Positions 49,482 through 58,959 of a DNA stretch of 64,000 nt are shown piece by piece (the first letter of the stretch is position 1; every line of letters begins with the position of its first letter). The DNA is taken from contig CAWJBD010000003.1 in assembly GCA_963841045.1 (NCBI GenBank), forward strand, positions 256,668 to 320,667, given 5' to 3'. The stretch comes from an uncultured beta proteobacterium. GTDB lineage: Bacteria; Pseudomonadota; Gammaproteobacteria; Burkholderiales; Burkholderiaceae_C. The notes beneath the pieces were generated by a model. That model was not told where the DNA came from, did no database searches, and saw only the letters and a program-made list of their open reading frames with translations. The position numbers and the translations under genes are program-made.

Positions 49482-51174
49482 ATGGCGAATTCCGACAACT
49501 TTAATCCTCAACCACCAGCGCAAATGGCCAGCACGATTGTGCTGTGCACGCTCAACGCCAAGTACATCCATGCCTCTTTAGGATTGCGTTATTTGTTCGC
49601 CAACATGGGCGAATTGCAGTCGCAAACGCGCATTTGTGAATTCATGATCAACCGCAAAAGCCCAGAAGAATGGGCGAATGAGTTGATTGCCATGAACCCA
49701 CGCATCATTGGCTTTGGTGTTTACATTTGGAACACGGTGCAAACCTGTGAAGTGGTCAAACTGCTGAAACAACTGCGACCAGACATCACCATCGTTTTAG
49801 GTGGCCCAGAGGTCAGCCATGAAGTACTGGAACAAGAAATCGCGCAACTGAGCGACTACGTCATCACCGGCTGGGGCGACATCAGCTTCCCCAAACTGTG
49901 CCGCGCGGTGTTGCATGGTCCTCAACCCTTGATGAAAGTGATAGCGGGCGAGCAACCGCCGCTGGACGACATCCAACTGCCCTACGCCTACTACACCGAC
50001 GAAGATTTGGCGCACCGCTTGCTGTATGTGGAAGCCTCGCGCGGTTGCCCGTTCAAGTGCGAGTTTTGCATCAGCTCGCTGGACAAAACCGCATGGGCAT
50101 TTGATTTGGATTTATTTCTGGGTGAACTGCAAACTCTGTACAACCGTGGCGCGCGCAATTTCAAATTTGTGGACCGCACTTTCAATTTAAAAATCGACGC
50201 ATCGGTGCGCATCATGCAGTTCTTTTTAGACAAAATTGACGCCGAGAAGCATGGGAGAGGATTTGAATTCTCCGACGAGCCGCCTCTAGGAGAATTAGCC
50301 CCCTCGGGGGGCAGCGCAGTACGCGAAGCGACAAGCGTGGGGGAACTTTTCCTGCATTTTGAAGTGATTCCAGACCATTTGCCAGACCGACTCGAAAGAA
50401 ATGATTGCCAAATTCCCACCCGGCTCTTTGCAATTTGAAGTGGGCATTCAAACCTTTAATGTCGATGTGCAAAAGCGCATTTCGCGCAAGCAAGACAATG
50501 ACAAAACCGTTGCCAATTTGAAATGGTTGCTGAACGAATCCAACGCGCATTTGCACACCGATTTGATTTTTGGCCTGCCAGGCGAAAGCTTGCAAAGTTT
50601 CGCCGATGGTTTTGACAAACTGTATGCGCTTGAGCCGCATGAAATTCAACTCGGCATTTTGAAACGCCTGCGCGGCACGCCCATTGCCAAGCACACCGAA
50701 ACACACGGCATGGTGTACGACCCGCTGCCGCCCTACCAAGTGCGGCAAACCGCGGCAGTGACTGCGGCTGACATGACCCGCTTTGCCCACATGGCACGCT
50801 ATTGGGATTTGGTCGCCAACTCTGGCCGCTTCACCGCCACCATGCCTTTGCTGATGCTGGGTGATTCACCATTCGGCGCGTTCATGGCTTTCAGCGATTG
50901 GCTGTGGAATGACTCCATCCACATCAAAGGCAAAACCAGCGGCATCACGCCCGAGCATTTGGTCAATGCCCTGCATGCATATTTGATTGGGCCACGCGGT
51001 ATGGATGTGGATGTGGTGACGCAAGCCCTGCTCACCGACTACGTCGCCAGCGGTGCGCGGGCCAGGCCTGATGTGCTGCGTCATTTAATGCCAAAGTTCC
51101 CAGCACCCATCCCCAAAGCCAAGAAGCAACACAGCCAGCGCCAAGCGCAGCATTTGTCGCTGACTCCGTCTTAA
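49482..51174 (+). pseudogene. B12-binding-domain radical SAM protein (DUF4080-type) with a +1 frameshift and an in-frame Family-2 repeat
   Basis: Part 1 ends ...LFLHFEVIPDHLPDRLE then RNDCQ... and a stop. Part 2 begins (K)EMIAKFPPGSLQFEVGIQTFNVDVQKRISR. Contains the rSAM cluster motif EASRGCPFKCEFC. The junction is at about 50391-50400. The span of 1693 nt is 3n+1. Confidence 0.8.
50266..50342 (+). repeat. Family-2 palindromic repeat, in-frame copy inside the radical SAM gene
   Basis: AATTCTCC-GACGAGCCGCCTCTA-GGAGAATT, then a GCCCCCTCGGGGGGC hairpin, then AGCGCAGTACGCGAAGCGACAAGCGTGGG. Translated as EFSDEPPLGELAPSGGSAVREATSVG, compared with EFPAEPPQGKLDPAGSAAHQWQVW in liuD. Confidence 0.8.
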
Positions 51175-51194
51175 ATTCGTAATAAGATACCGCC

Positions 51195-52010
51195 ATGACT
51201 TTTTCTACCCGCTTTTGGGCAAAATTAAGCACCGATGAATTTGCAACGCGCTTGTCAACGGGTGCTGCAGCCGACGTGGTGGCCGTCTTGCCAGTCGCTG
51301 CGACAGAGCAACATGGACCGCATTTGCCCCTGTCGGTCGATGTGGATTTGGTCGATGGCATCGTGGCAGCATGTTTGCCGCATTTGCCACAATCATTACC
51401 CGTCTTGTTTTTGCCAACGCAAACAGTTGGTTTGAGCAGCGAACACCTCAACTTTGCCGGCACATTGAGTTTGAGCCCAGAGACCATCATCCGTACCTGG
51501 GTAGAGATAGGCGCGGCTGTGGCACGCACAGGTGTGAAAAAACTGGTGCTCTTCAACAGCCACGGCGGCAATGTGGCGGTGATGGACATCGTTGCGCGTG
51601 AGCTGCGCGCACACCATGGCATGATGGTTTTCAGCAGCAGTTGGTACAACTTGCCTTTGGGTGCTGCGGCAGATGCATTCAGTGCCGAAGAACACCGCTT
51701 TGGCTCCCACGCCGGCGATATCGAAACCTCCATGATGCTGGCTTTGAACCCACAATCCGTGCGCATGGACAAAGCGCAAAATTTCCAATCCACCAGCCAA
51801 TCCCGCGCCCAACAATTCCCCATCCTAGGCAACGGCAAATCCGCCAAACTAGGCTGGCAAATGCAAGACATCAACCCCAACGGCGCAGCCGGCAATGCTG
51901 CCAATGCAACGGCTGAGAAAGGTCAAGCGTTAGTGGATGAAGCGGGCAAGCAACTGGCGGCGATGTTGCAAGAGGTGGTGCGGGTGCCGGTGGGGACATT
52001 GCAAAATTAA
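51195..52010 (+). CDS. creatininase-family (creatinine amidohydrolase / MftE-like) protein
   Basis: 271 aa. VLPVAATEQHGPHLPL, SHGGN and GSHAGDIETSMML. Confidence 0.85.
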   Translation: MTFSTRFWAKLSTDEFATRLSTGAAADVVAVLPVAATEQHGPHLPLSVDVDLVDGIVAACLPHLPQSLPVLFLPTQTVGLSSEHLNFAGTLSLSPETIIRTWVEIGAAVARTGVKKLVLFNSHGGNVAVMDIVARELRAHHGMMVFSSSWYNLPLGAAADAFSAEEHRFGSHAGDIETSMMLALNPQSVRMDKAQNFQSTSQSRAQQFPILGNGKSAKLGWQMQDINPNGAAGNAANATAEKGQALVDEAGKQLAAMLQEVVRVPVGTLQN

Positions 52011-52089
52011 ATTCGATTGTCTTGTTGTCAGATAACACACGGATATGAAAGATATAACACGATAGCCCTCAAATTAAGGATAAATCACA

Positions 52090-52737
52090 TTGGATTTTCA
52101 AACTGGCGACGTATTTCTCATGTGTGGAGATGCGAAACATTCAGAGTACTTAGCTACCGCACAAAAGCTGCTCTATAGAAACGCAAAATCAAGCCATGTC
52201 CTTTTTTCATTTGGAGATGGAGCTTTTGTTCATTCAACCACAAATACCGGGGTCGACTTTGCGTTCTATGAGAATGTACTCCAAGACTGCAAAGATGGTT
52301 GGCGCGTTATTAGGTTGAAGGGGATCACTGAAGAGCAACGCGAGGCAATGATGAAGGAATCCATATACCTAATTGACCAAGCTTATAACTATAAGTTTCT
52401 CTTCAAGAGCAATGAGAGCTCGTCTTTCTGCTCGGAGTTGGTCGCAAAAATATTTGAGAGCGCAGGTGTCAATCTATTTAGCAAAGAAACCGGCACAGTT
52501 ACTCCAGCCGACTTTGATCGTGCTGCAGATGGTGATGAGTCTTGGGAAGATGTGACCACCGGCTATAGAGAGGCATTTGAAGAAATAGCCAAAGATCCGT
52601 TCATTTACAGATTCGGCGACTCTACGCTAGTTGCGTCCGTTAGAAAGCGCCAATTCATGATGCGGTCAACTGATGACCTATTCGATGGGTTTAAGCTCCT
52701 TGTAGATAACGGCGGAATTAGCAACGGAGTTCTTTGA
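52090..52737 (+). CDS. YiiX/YaeF-type permuted papain-like (C92 / NlpC-P60 superfamily) protein
   Basis: 215 aa with a TTG start after AAGGA. TGDVFLM...SSHVLFSFGDGAFVHS...YNYKF....SSFCSELVAKIFESAGV. The local sequence is AT-richer than its flanks. Confidence 0.6.
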   Translation: MDFQTGDVFLMCGDAKHSEYLATAQKLLYRNAKSSHVLFSFGDGAFVHSTTNTGVDFAFYENVLQDCKDGWRVIRLKGITEEQREAMMKESIYLIDQAYNYKFLFKSNESSSFCSELVAKIFESAGVNLFSKETGTVTPADFDRAADGDESWEDVTTGYREAFEEIAKDPFIYRFGDSTLVASVRKRQFMMRSTDDLFDGFKLLVDNGGISNGVL

Positions 52738-52943
52738 TAAGGCTGTTGCATGGAAAAGGAATTCAGAGAGAAAAAGAACATTTCTTTCTGGAATGAGAAG
52801 CAATATCGCAGCCCTGATCAGCCGAAAGGTGATGAGGGCTAACAAGTCCATCAAGCGGACCCAGCCAAAGCGGGCCGCTTATTTCCAACGTTATCTAAAA
52901 CACATCACAGCTTGAAATATGTGTAGCGGATAATTCATCTGTT

Positions 52944-53288
52944 ATGCCGACCCCCAAACCCGCCCCCAAATCCCACCACTACCACGTCTACGTGGTGGAG
53001 CTGGATGACAGGGTTTGGAACAGTGGGAAGTTTCGGCGCTGCAATCCGGACTATGTGATGGGCAAGCCGTTTGTTTATGTGGGGATGACGGGGCTGGATC
53101 CGGATGTGCGGTTTGACAAGCACATGGCTGGCATTCAGGCCAATGCGTTTGTGACGGACTATGGCGTAAAGCTACTGCCCGCGCTGTATGAAAAGTTCAA
53201 CCCCATGCCCTACAAAAAAGCGCAGGCGATGGAAGTGGAGCTGGCGATTGCTTTGCAGCGGTTGGGCTATGGGGTGTGGCAGGGTTAA
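52944..53288 (+). CDS. small conserved protein with a GIY-YIG-like N-terminal pattern (function uncertain)
   Basis: 114 aa. HVYVVEL...PFVYVGMTGLDPDVRFDKHMAG...EVELAIALQRLGYGV. Confidence 0.45.
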   Translation: MPTPKPAPKSHHYHVYVVELDDRVWNSGKFRRCNPDYVMGKPFVYVGMTGLDPDVRFDKHMAGIQANAFVTDYGVKLLPALYEKFNPMPYKKAQAMEVELAIALQRLGYGVWQG

Positions 53289-53289
53289 C

Positions 53290-54267
53290 TCAGCTCTTTG
53301 CAACAATGGGCAACTGCCCTTTGAGGATGCGGATGTGGATGTTTTGGCTAGTGCCCAAATACTCGCCATCAGCCGCCAATGGAATGGGCGTGTCTGATTT
53401 GATTTGCAGTGTTTGAAACGGCTGGGTGTGCACCTTGGGGTGGTTCAAATGTTTGCCAAACAGCAAGTCTGGCAACAGCAAAATGGTTTGCCACACGCTC
53501 ACGTTTTTAGCCAAGAGCAAATTCAACTGCCCGTCATAAATCGAAGCATGGGGCACGGCTGGCATGCCTGCGCCAAAGGTGGGTGTGTTCAGGGTCGAAG
53601 CAAACAAAGCTTCGGTGGTGTAAATGGGTTTACCGTCTGCCAAAACCACCAAGCCCCATTTGCGAAAGTGCAGCAATTCGCGCACAGTCGCCAGCAAATA
53701 GCGTGGCAAACCGCGCAACCATTTGGGCCCATTGAGTGCGCGCAAACCTACTGATGAATCAAAACCCGTGGTGAAGCTGGAGGCAAACGGCACGCTGTAT
53801 AAACGGTCTTCGTTTTGGCCTTCTTCTTGGTCTGCTTTTTGACTTTCTAATTGATCATCTTCTTGATTTTCATTGGACTCTGGCAATACTTCAAACTCAG
53901 CCAACCCAATGTCCATGCGCTGTGGTGTTTGGCTGCCAGCCAGTGCCAGCGCTTTGCGCCAAGACATGCCACGCAAACCCAATGCGCGGGCCAAATCGTT
54001 GCCACTGCCATAGGGCACCAAGGCAGCGCTGTGTTGCCCCGCCAACAAGCTGGGCAGCATTTGGTTGAAGGTGCCATCGCCACCCACCAGCACAATGCGG
54101 CTGCCTTGCGGCATGGCATCAATCAAGCGGCGACCAATGGCGACGTTGTGCGCAATGGCCAATTGCCAGTCGGGCTGATTTTTAGCCAGCCAAGTTTTCA
54201 GAGGTTTGGCCAACGCAGCTGCTTTACCGCCAGCTGCGTGAGGATTCAAAACAAGCAATGTACGCAA
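53290..54267 (-). CDS. diacylglycerol-kinase-family lipid kinase (YegS/BmrU-like)
   Basis: 325 aa. LVLNPHAAGGKA and VLVGGDGTFNQ. Contains an acidic low-complexity insert (ESNENQEDDQLESQKADQEEGQNED). Confidence 0.8.
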   Translation of the reverse strand: MRTLLVLNPHAAGGKAAALAKPLKTWLAKNQPDWQLAIAHNVAIGRRLIDAMPQGSRIVLVGGDGTFNQMLPSLLAGQHSAALVPYGSGNDLARALGLRGMSWRKALALAGSQTPQRMDIGLAEFEVLPESNENQEDDQLESQKADQEEGQNEDRLYSVPFASSFTTGFDSSVGLRALNGPKWLRGLPRYLLATVRELLHFRKWGLVVLADGKPIYTTEALFASTLNTPTFGAGMPAVPHASIYDGQLNLLLAKNVSVWQTILLLPDLLFGKHLNHPKVHTQPFQTLQIKSDTPIPLAADGEYLGTSQNIHIRILKGQLPIVAKS

Positions 54268-54278
54268 TCACTCGCCTC

Positions 54279-55103
54279 TTAAATGCCCATGCTTTGCAAA
54301 GTCACCACGCCTTTGGGCGTGCGCAGGGTGACGGTGAGGTTTGGCTCACCCTCTGAAACAGTGACGCCACTCAAACCAATAGCCGTGTAAGCAGCTTGCA
54401 GTTTGTCGCTACTTAGGGATGTGACAGCCACGCTTTGCAGCGACACGCCAGAGCGCGGCAAGGTGTTGCGCGGGTGCAAGCGCAGGGGTTCAGCGTCGGC
54501 ATTTTTGCCCCACTGAATCAGACTGGGCAAAGTGCCGTTGAACAGGCGCTGGCCATCATCGCGCACGGTGATTTTCCATTCCAAACGGCCTTTGCGCGTG
54601 TGGCGGCTGGCTTCGACTGCGGTGCCGCGGTCAATGCCTTGCAACTTTAATGCGCTCTTTGCGGCTTGGATGTCTGCCGTCTGTGCCACAAAGTGCACCA
54701 AGCGCGGCTCTACTGCCACTGCCTTTTGCAGCGCTGCATCGTCCATATCAAACCAACGCGCAGAATTTATACGTTTTTGGCCTGTAGCCGGCGTATTAAT
54801 TGCCTGAGGTGCTATTGAATTAGTAGCATCAGGTTTAATGGCAATGATTTCAAAATACGCCAATGGATACTGTGGTGTGGCGATTTTGAACAAGCAATTG
54901 TGGGTGCCAAACTGCTTGTGCTCGCCACCTTCATTGGGTGTGATGCCCAAAGTGGCTTCGCACCACGCAACACCCTGCTCTAGCGTTTGCGCTACGACAA
55001 CGATGTGGTCTATTTGAGTCTTAACTTCTGTGCTGGTCGCTTCGGTTGGTGCTGAAGTAGCAAACGCACGCGCTTCGCGGTTGGACCGCACGATCAGCGT
55101 CAT
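54279..55103 (-). CDS. VOC-family (glyoxalase-like domain) protein carrying an in-frame Family-1 repeat
   Basis: 274 aa. IDHIVVVAQTLEQGVAWCEATLGITPNEGGEH..FGTHN.LF...YFEIIAI. Confidence 0.7.
   Translation of the reverse strand: MTLIVRSNREARAFATSAPTEATSTEVKTQIDHIVVVAQTLEQGVAWCEATLGITPNEGGEHKQFGTHNCLFKIATPQYPLAYFEIIAIKPDATNSIAPQAINTPATGQKRINSARWFDMDDAALQKAVAVEPRLVHFVAQTADIQAAKSALKLQGIDRGTAVEASRHTRKGRLEWKITVRDDGQRLFNGTLPSLIQWGKNADAEPLRLHPRNTLPRSGVSLQSVAVTSLSSDKLQAAYTAIGLSGVTVSEGEPNLTVTLRTPKGVVTLQSMGI
54780..54835 (+). repeat. Family-1 dispersed palindromic repeat, copy E (in-frame inside the VOC gene, antisense to the element)
   Basis: GGCCTGTAGCCGGCGTATTAATTGCCTGAGGTGCTATTGAATTAGTAGCATCAGG. 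Translated on the minus strand as DATNSIAPQAINTPATGQ. Confidence 0.85.
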
Positions 55104-56317
55104 GCTGCCTTTTGCAAGTTCTGTAGTTCGAGCAAAGCTTCTTTGATGGCTTCGCCCAGTGCTTTCATGCCAATGTTGATTTGGTCTACCGACGCAGTCA
55201 CAAAACTCAAACGCAGGGTGCGGCTGTCGGCTTGGTCGGCATAGAAAGGCGAGCCAGGTACGAATGCGACGTTTTTATCCACCGCTTTGGGCAGCAGCTC
55301 GACCGCGTTCAAACCAGCTGGCAAGCGCACCCACAAGAACATGCCGCCATCGGGCGTATTCCAAGTCACGCTGGCCTCTGCGTTGCCGGGTGTCACTGGC
55401 ATTTCACGCGCCAAGGCGGTCAACATGGCATCGCGCTGTGACTTGTACAGCTTGCGAATCATGGGCACATGGCGGTCTAAGAAATTGCCTTTGAGCACTT
55501 CGGATGCCACGCGCTGGTTAAAGCTGGGCGTGTGCAAATCGGCCGCTTGTTTGGCTTGCAAAATTTTGGGGAACAAGGTCTTGGGCAAGACCATGAAGCC
55601 CAGACGCAAACCAGGAGCCAGCACTTTGCTGAACGAGCCCAAATAGACACAGCCTTCAGGGTTGCGCGCAGTCAATGGCAAAGGTGGTGCTTGGTCAAAC
55701 CACAGCTCGCCATAGGGGTTGTCTTCAACAATCGGCAAACCAATCTCCATGCAAGCGGCGCTCAATGCGGCGCGGCGTGCTTCGGTCATGGTGCGGCCTG
55801 TGGGGTTTTGGAAATTGGGCAACACGTACAAAAAGCGTGCGCCTTTGCCTTTGGCTTTCAGGTCTGCAATGTCAATGCCTTGGTCGTCGCTTTTGACAGA
55901 CACCACATTTGGCTCCATCGGTGTGAAGGCTTGCAAAGCACCCAAGTAGGTGGGTGTTTCCACCACGATGGGGCTGTTTTCATCAATCAAAATTTTGGCG
56001 AGCAAATCCAAACCTTGTTGCGAGCCGGTGGTGATCAGCACCTGGTTGGGGTCAACCTTCCACGGCAAGCTGGCAGCCACTTGTTCACGCAATGGGCCAA
56101 AGCCTTCGCTGGCGGCGTATTGCAAAGCGGATTTGCCGTCTTCAGTCAACACCTTGGTGCATGCAGCAGCAAATTCGGTGATGGGAAAGGTCAAAGGCGA
56201 TGGCAAGCCACCCGCAAAACTGATGATGCCCGGCTTTTCTGTGACTTTCAAAATTTCACGAATCACAGACGGGTTCATCTTCTCTGCGCGTTTGGCTTGG
56301 GTCCATTGGGTGCTCAT
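55100..56317 (-). CDS. PLP-dependent aminotransferase (class I/II, 2-aminoadipate-transaminase-like)
   Basis: 405 aa. FAGGLPSP, YVLPNFQNPTG and SFSKVLAPGLRLG (PLP lysine context). Confidence 0.85.
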   Translation of the reverse strand: MSTQWTQAKRAEKMNPSVIREILKVTEKPGIISFAGGLPSPLTFPITEFAAACTKVLTEDGKSALQYAASEGFGPLREQVAASLPWKVDPNQVLITTGSQQGLDLLAKILIDENSPIVVETPTYLGALQAFTPMEPNVVSVKSDDQGIDIADLKAKGKGARFLYVLPNFQNPTGRTMTEARRAALSAACMEIGLPIVEDNPYGELWFDQAPPLPLTARNPEGCVYLGSFSKVLAPGLRLGFMVLPKTLFPKILQAKQAADLHTPSFNQRVASEVLKGNFLDRHVPMIRKLYKSQRDAMLTALAREMPVTPGNAEASVTWNTPDGGMFLWVRLPAGLNAVELLPKAVDKNVAFVPGSPFYADQADSRTLRLSFVTASVDQINIGMKALGEAIKEALLELQNLQKAA

Positions 56318-56384
56318 GGTTGTTTCCTTAAATTTTTATCTCAATATTTTCATCAATTTTTCATCGACTTGGTATCCCACCATT

Positions 56385-57020
56385 TTAGCTGTGACTCAGC
56401 AAGAGTGGTGCAAACACGGGGTACAAAGTTGCCAGCAACAAAGCCGCCATGATCCAGTTAAACCACCGGCGCTTTTGCGGGTCTTGCAAAAACTGGCGCA
56501 TGCTGCTGCCAAAGAGCAACCAGCTCAAGACCATGGGTGCGTTGATCACTGCAAACACCGCGCCCACCCAAAGTACGCCCCATGCCCCTGAACCACTGGG
56601 CGCGTAGGTGGTGATGGCACCAATCGCCATCATGATGGCTTTGGGGTTGACCCATTGAAAAGCCACCGCCGACAAATAGGTCATGGGTTTTGCAGTCAGT
56701 TGTCCATCTGCGCTTTTGGGCGCATCAGTCACATTAGCCATTTTCCAAGCCAACCACGCCATGTAGGCCGCACCCACGTAACGCAACACCACTTCCAGCT
56801 GTGGGTAAGCGATGAATACACTTTTTAAGCCAAAGCCCAAACACAAAATCAGCAACAAAAATCCCGATGTCACACCTGCGTAATGCGGCAGTGAGCGCCG
56901 CACACCAAAATTGACGCCCGATGCCAACAGCATCAAATTGTTAGGGCCTGGCGTGATGGACGAAACCGCAGCAAAAATGGCCAAGGCGATGAGTTGGTCT
57001 GTGTTCATATGTGTATTCAA
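56385..57020 (-). CDS. LysE/RhtB-family amino-acid exporter
   Basis: 211 aa with N-terminal ITPGPNNL and six TM segments. Confidence 0.85.
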   Translation of the reverse strand: MNTHMNTDQLIALAIFAAVSSITPGPNNLMLLASGVNFGVRRSLPHYAGVTSGFLLLILCLGFGLKSVFIAYPQLEVVLRYVGAAYMAWLAWKMANVTDAPKSADGQLTAKPMTYLSAVAFQWVNPKAIMMAIGAITTYAPSGSGAWGVLWVGAVFAVINAPMVLSWLLFGSSMRQFLQDPQKRRWFNWIMAALLLATLYPVFAPLLLSHS

Positions 57021-57346
57021 TCTACGATGAAAAGTTTTGCCCCTTTAGGCGCAGTTGAACGGTGTGGCTCGGCGTTGTCGGCGACTTGGTAGCTCATGCC
57101 GGGTTTGAGTGTGAAGCTGCGACCGTCTTCCAGTTCAGTTTGTAATTCGCCCTCAATGCACAGCAAGATGTGCCCTTTGACGCACCAGTGGTCAGACACG
57201 TAGCCTGCGGTGTATTCGACCATGCGCACGCGCACATCGCCAAATTGCTGTGTGCGCCAGAAGGCTTTTCCTGCTTGGGCCGATTTTTCAACCGCTTCGA
57301 TGCTTGTCCAATCGGTCGTGCCGAAAGGGATTAGGTTCATTTTCAT
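57017..57346 (-). CDS. DHCW-motif cupin-fold protein
   Basis: 109 aa. IPFGTTDW...VRVRMVEYTAGYVSDHWCVKGHILLCIEGEL...LFIVD. Confidence 0.8.
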   Translation of the reverse strand: MKMNLIPFGTTDWTSIEAVEKSAQAGKAFWRTQQFGDVRVRMVEYTAGYVSDHWCVKGHILLCIEGELQTELEDGRSFTLKPGMSYQVADNAEPHRSTAPKGAKLFIVD

Positions 57347-58320
57347 TTGGCATTCCCTACCGACATACTTTTACCTATAAACACGGTGGCGATCACAGCC
57401 AAAGCAAAACCCAGAGTCATCAGGTCAATTTTTTCGCCCAGCAATGGCACAGCAAACAACAAACTCAAAAATGGTTGAACGAGCTGAACTTGGCTGACCC
57501 GCACCGCACCACCCAGTGCCAAGCCGCGATACCACGCGAAAAAGCCCAGCCACATAGAGAAGACCGCGACGTAAGCAAATGCCCACCAGCTACCAGCCTG
57601 AATGACGCTGAAATGTTGTGGCATGGTTTGCAAAGTCAAAGGAACAGTGATGGGCAAAGACAAAACCAGCACCCAACAAATCACCCGCTCTGCGCCCAAA
57701 GAAGGCGTCAAACGTGCACCGCCTATGTACCCCAGCGATCCGCTGATCATGGCGAGCAACAAAAATATGTCTGCCAAGTGCATTCTGAATTGCCCCCCTG
57801 CATCAGCAGAGCGCAGCAGCATAAAGCTCAACACCAGCACCGTGCCTAAAACAGCGAAAAACCAAAAGCCCATGCTTGGCCGCTGCTTGTACCAAATTGC
57901 TGCGATGACGGCGGTAGCGAGCGGCATTAACCCCGTCACCACCGCGCCATGCGTGCTGGGTACGTATTGCAACGCCAAAGACAAGAAGAGCGGAAAGCCG
58001 ACCACCACACCACAAGCGGTGAAAGCCAGCAAACCCCATTCGCTTGTGCTGGGTAGTTTCCATGCACGTTGATTTGTTTTTTTAGTGTTCGAATTCACTT
58101 CTTTCGCAGATTTATATTGCCAAGTCAGATACAAAATTGATAGCAAACCTGCGACAGCGGCGCGACCAAAGGTGATGAACCAAGGCGACAGTTGCGGCTG
58201 TGCCAGCGTGCCCACAGCGAGCTTGGTCATCGGCAAGGTGACTGCAAATATGATCACGCCCAGCAAGCCCAGCCACAAGCCAGCTTTAACGTTTTCAGCA
58301 GTAGCTTGTGCAGAATTCAT
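57343..58320 (-). CDS. DMT-superfamily (EamA) transporter
   Basis: 325 aa with ten hydrophobic segments in a duplicated EamA-like organisation. Confidence 0.8.
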   Translation of the reverse strand: MNSAQATAENVKAGLWLGLLGVIIFAVTLPMTKLAVGTLAQPQLSPWFITFGRAAVAGLLSILYLTWQYKSAKEVNSNTKKTNQRAWKLPSTSEWGLLAFTACGVVVGFPLFLSLALQYVPSTHGAVVTGLMPLATAVIAAIWYKQRPSMGFWFFAVLGTVLVLSFMLLRSADAGGQFRMHLADIFLLLAMISGSLGYIGGARLTPSLGAERVICWVLVLSLPITVPLTLQTMPQHFSVIQAGSWWAFAYVAVFSMWLGFFAWYRGLALGGAVRVSQVQLVQPFLSLLFAVPLLGEKIDLMTLGFALAVIATVFIGKSMSVGNAK

Positions 58321-58321
58321 A

Positions 58322-58921
58322 TTAAAACGTTGCCATCCAAGCCGCTGTGACCGCCAAAACCAAAGCCATGAAACGGTTAAACCAAGTCAAGCGATTGCCA
58401 ATTTGTAGCCATTTGCGCAGCAAAGAGCCCATGGCGGCATAGGCCAAATTGCTTGCGAATGCGTAGATCAGCAAAATAGGGAACATCAGCATGTAACGGC
58501 TCAAAGCATCTGGCTTGCCAGCTATCCAACCCGCAACCAAGGCCAGCGCCAGCATCCAAGCTTTGATGTTTAAAAACTGCAGCATCACGCCCTGAAAGAA
58601 TGTGACGTTGATGCGCGAATTGTCTGTCTCACCCAATGTGCGTGTCATGCCGATCTTGTAGGCCAACCAAAGCAAATACGCCACGCCAAACACTTTGATG
58701 CCCAAGCGCAAGGCAGGTATTGCCACCACCAATGCCCCCACGCCACCCGCGCACAAGCTGAAAAGCAACGCCCAGCCAACAGGTACGGCGCACACAAATG
58801 TCATTGCCCGCTTCAATCCGTGGTTAGCCGCCAAAGCTGTGGACAGGGTCGTGTTCGGCCCTGGCGTGAAGCTAGCGGCGGTTGTTAAAGCCAACAAAGC
58901 GGTGAGTTCAGTCGCTGTCAT
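58322..58921 (-). CDS. LysE/RhtB-family exporter
   Basis: 199 aa from MTATELTALLALTTAASFTPGPNTT. The ORF maximum extends to 58972, but that extension would cover the promoter-region inverted repeat. Confidence 0.8.
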   Translation of the reverse strand: MTATELTALLALTTAASFTPGPNTTLSTALAANHGLKRAMTFVCAVPVGWALLFSLCAGGVGALVVAIPALRLGIKVFGVAYLLWLAYKIGMTRTLGETDNSRINVTFFQGVMLQFLNIKAWMLALALVAGWIAGKPDALSRYMLMFPILLIYAFASNLAYAAMGSLLRKWLQIGNRLTWFNRFMALVLAVTAAWMATF

Positions 58922-58959
58922 GGCTTGCAGTTTAGCCGCAAATACCATTACACTACCAG

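Noticed and set aside
51032-51904. 290-aa minus-strand ORF covering the creatininase gene
   Set aside because: It is antisense to a plus-strand gene with clear family motifs. Its translation is Ala/Cys/Ser-rich with no recognisable domain, which is typical of a shadow ORF in a GC-richer stretch.
53800-53890. Acidic insertion (ESNENQEDDQLESQKADQEEGQNED) in the lipid kinase
   Set aside because: I checked it for membership of the two repeat families and for palindromic structure and found none. It is probably an ordinary low-complexity loop.
55532-56591. Long plus-strand ORFs (306 aa, 213 aa and others) across 55181-56591
   Set aside because: They are antisense shadows of the aminotransferase and LysE genes. 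Their composition is Gly/Arg/Gln-rich and low in complexity, with no motifs.
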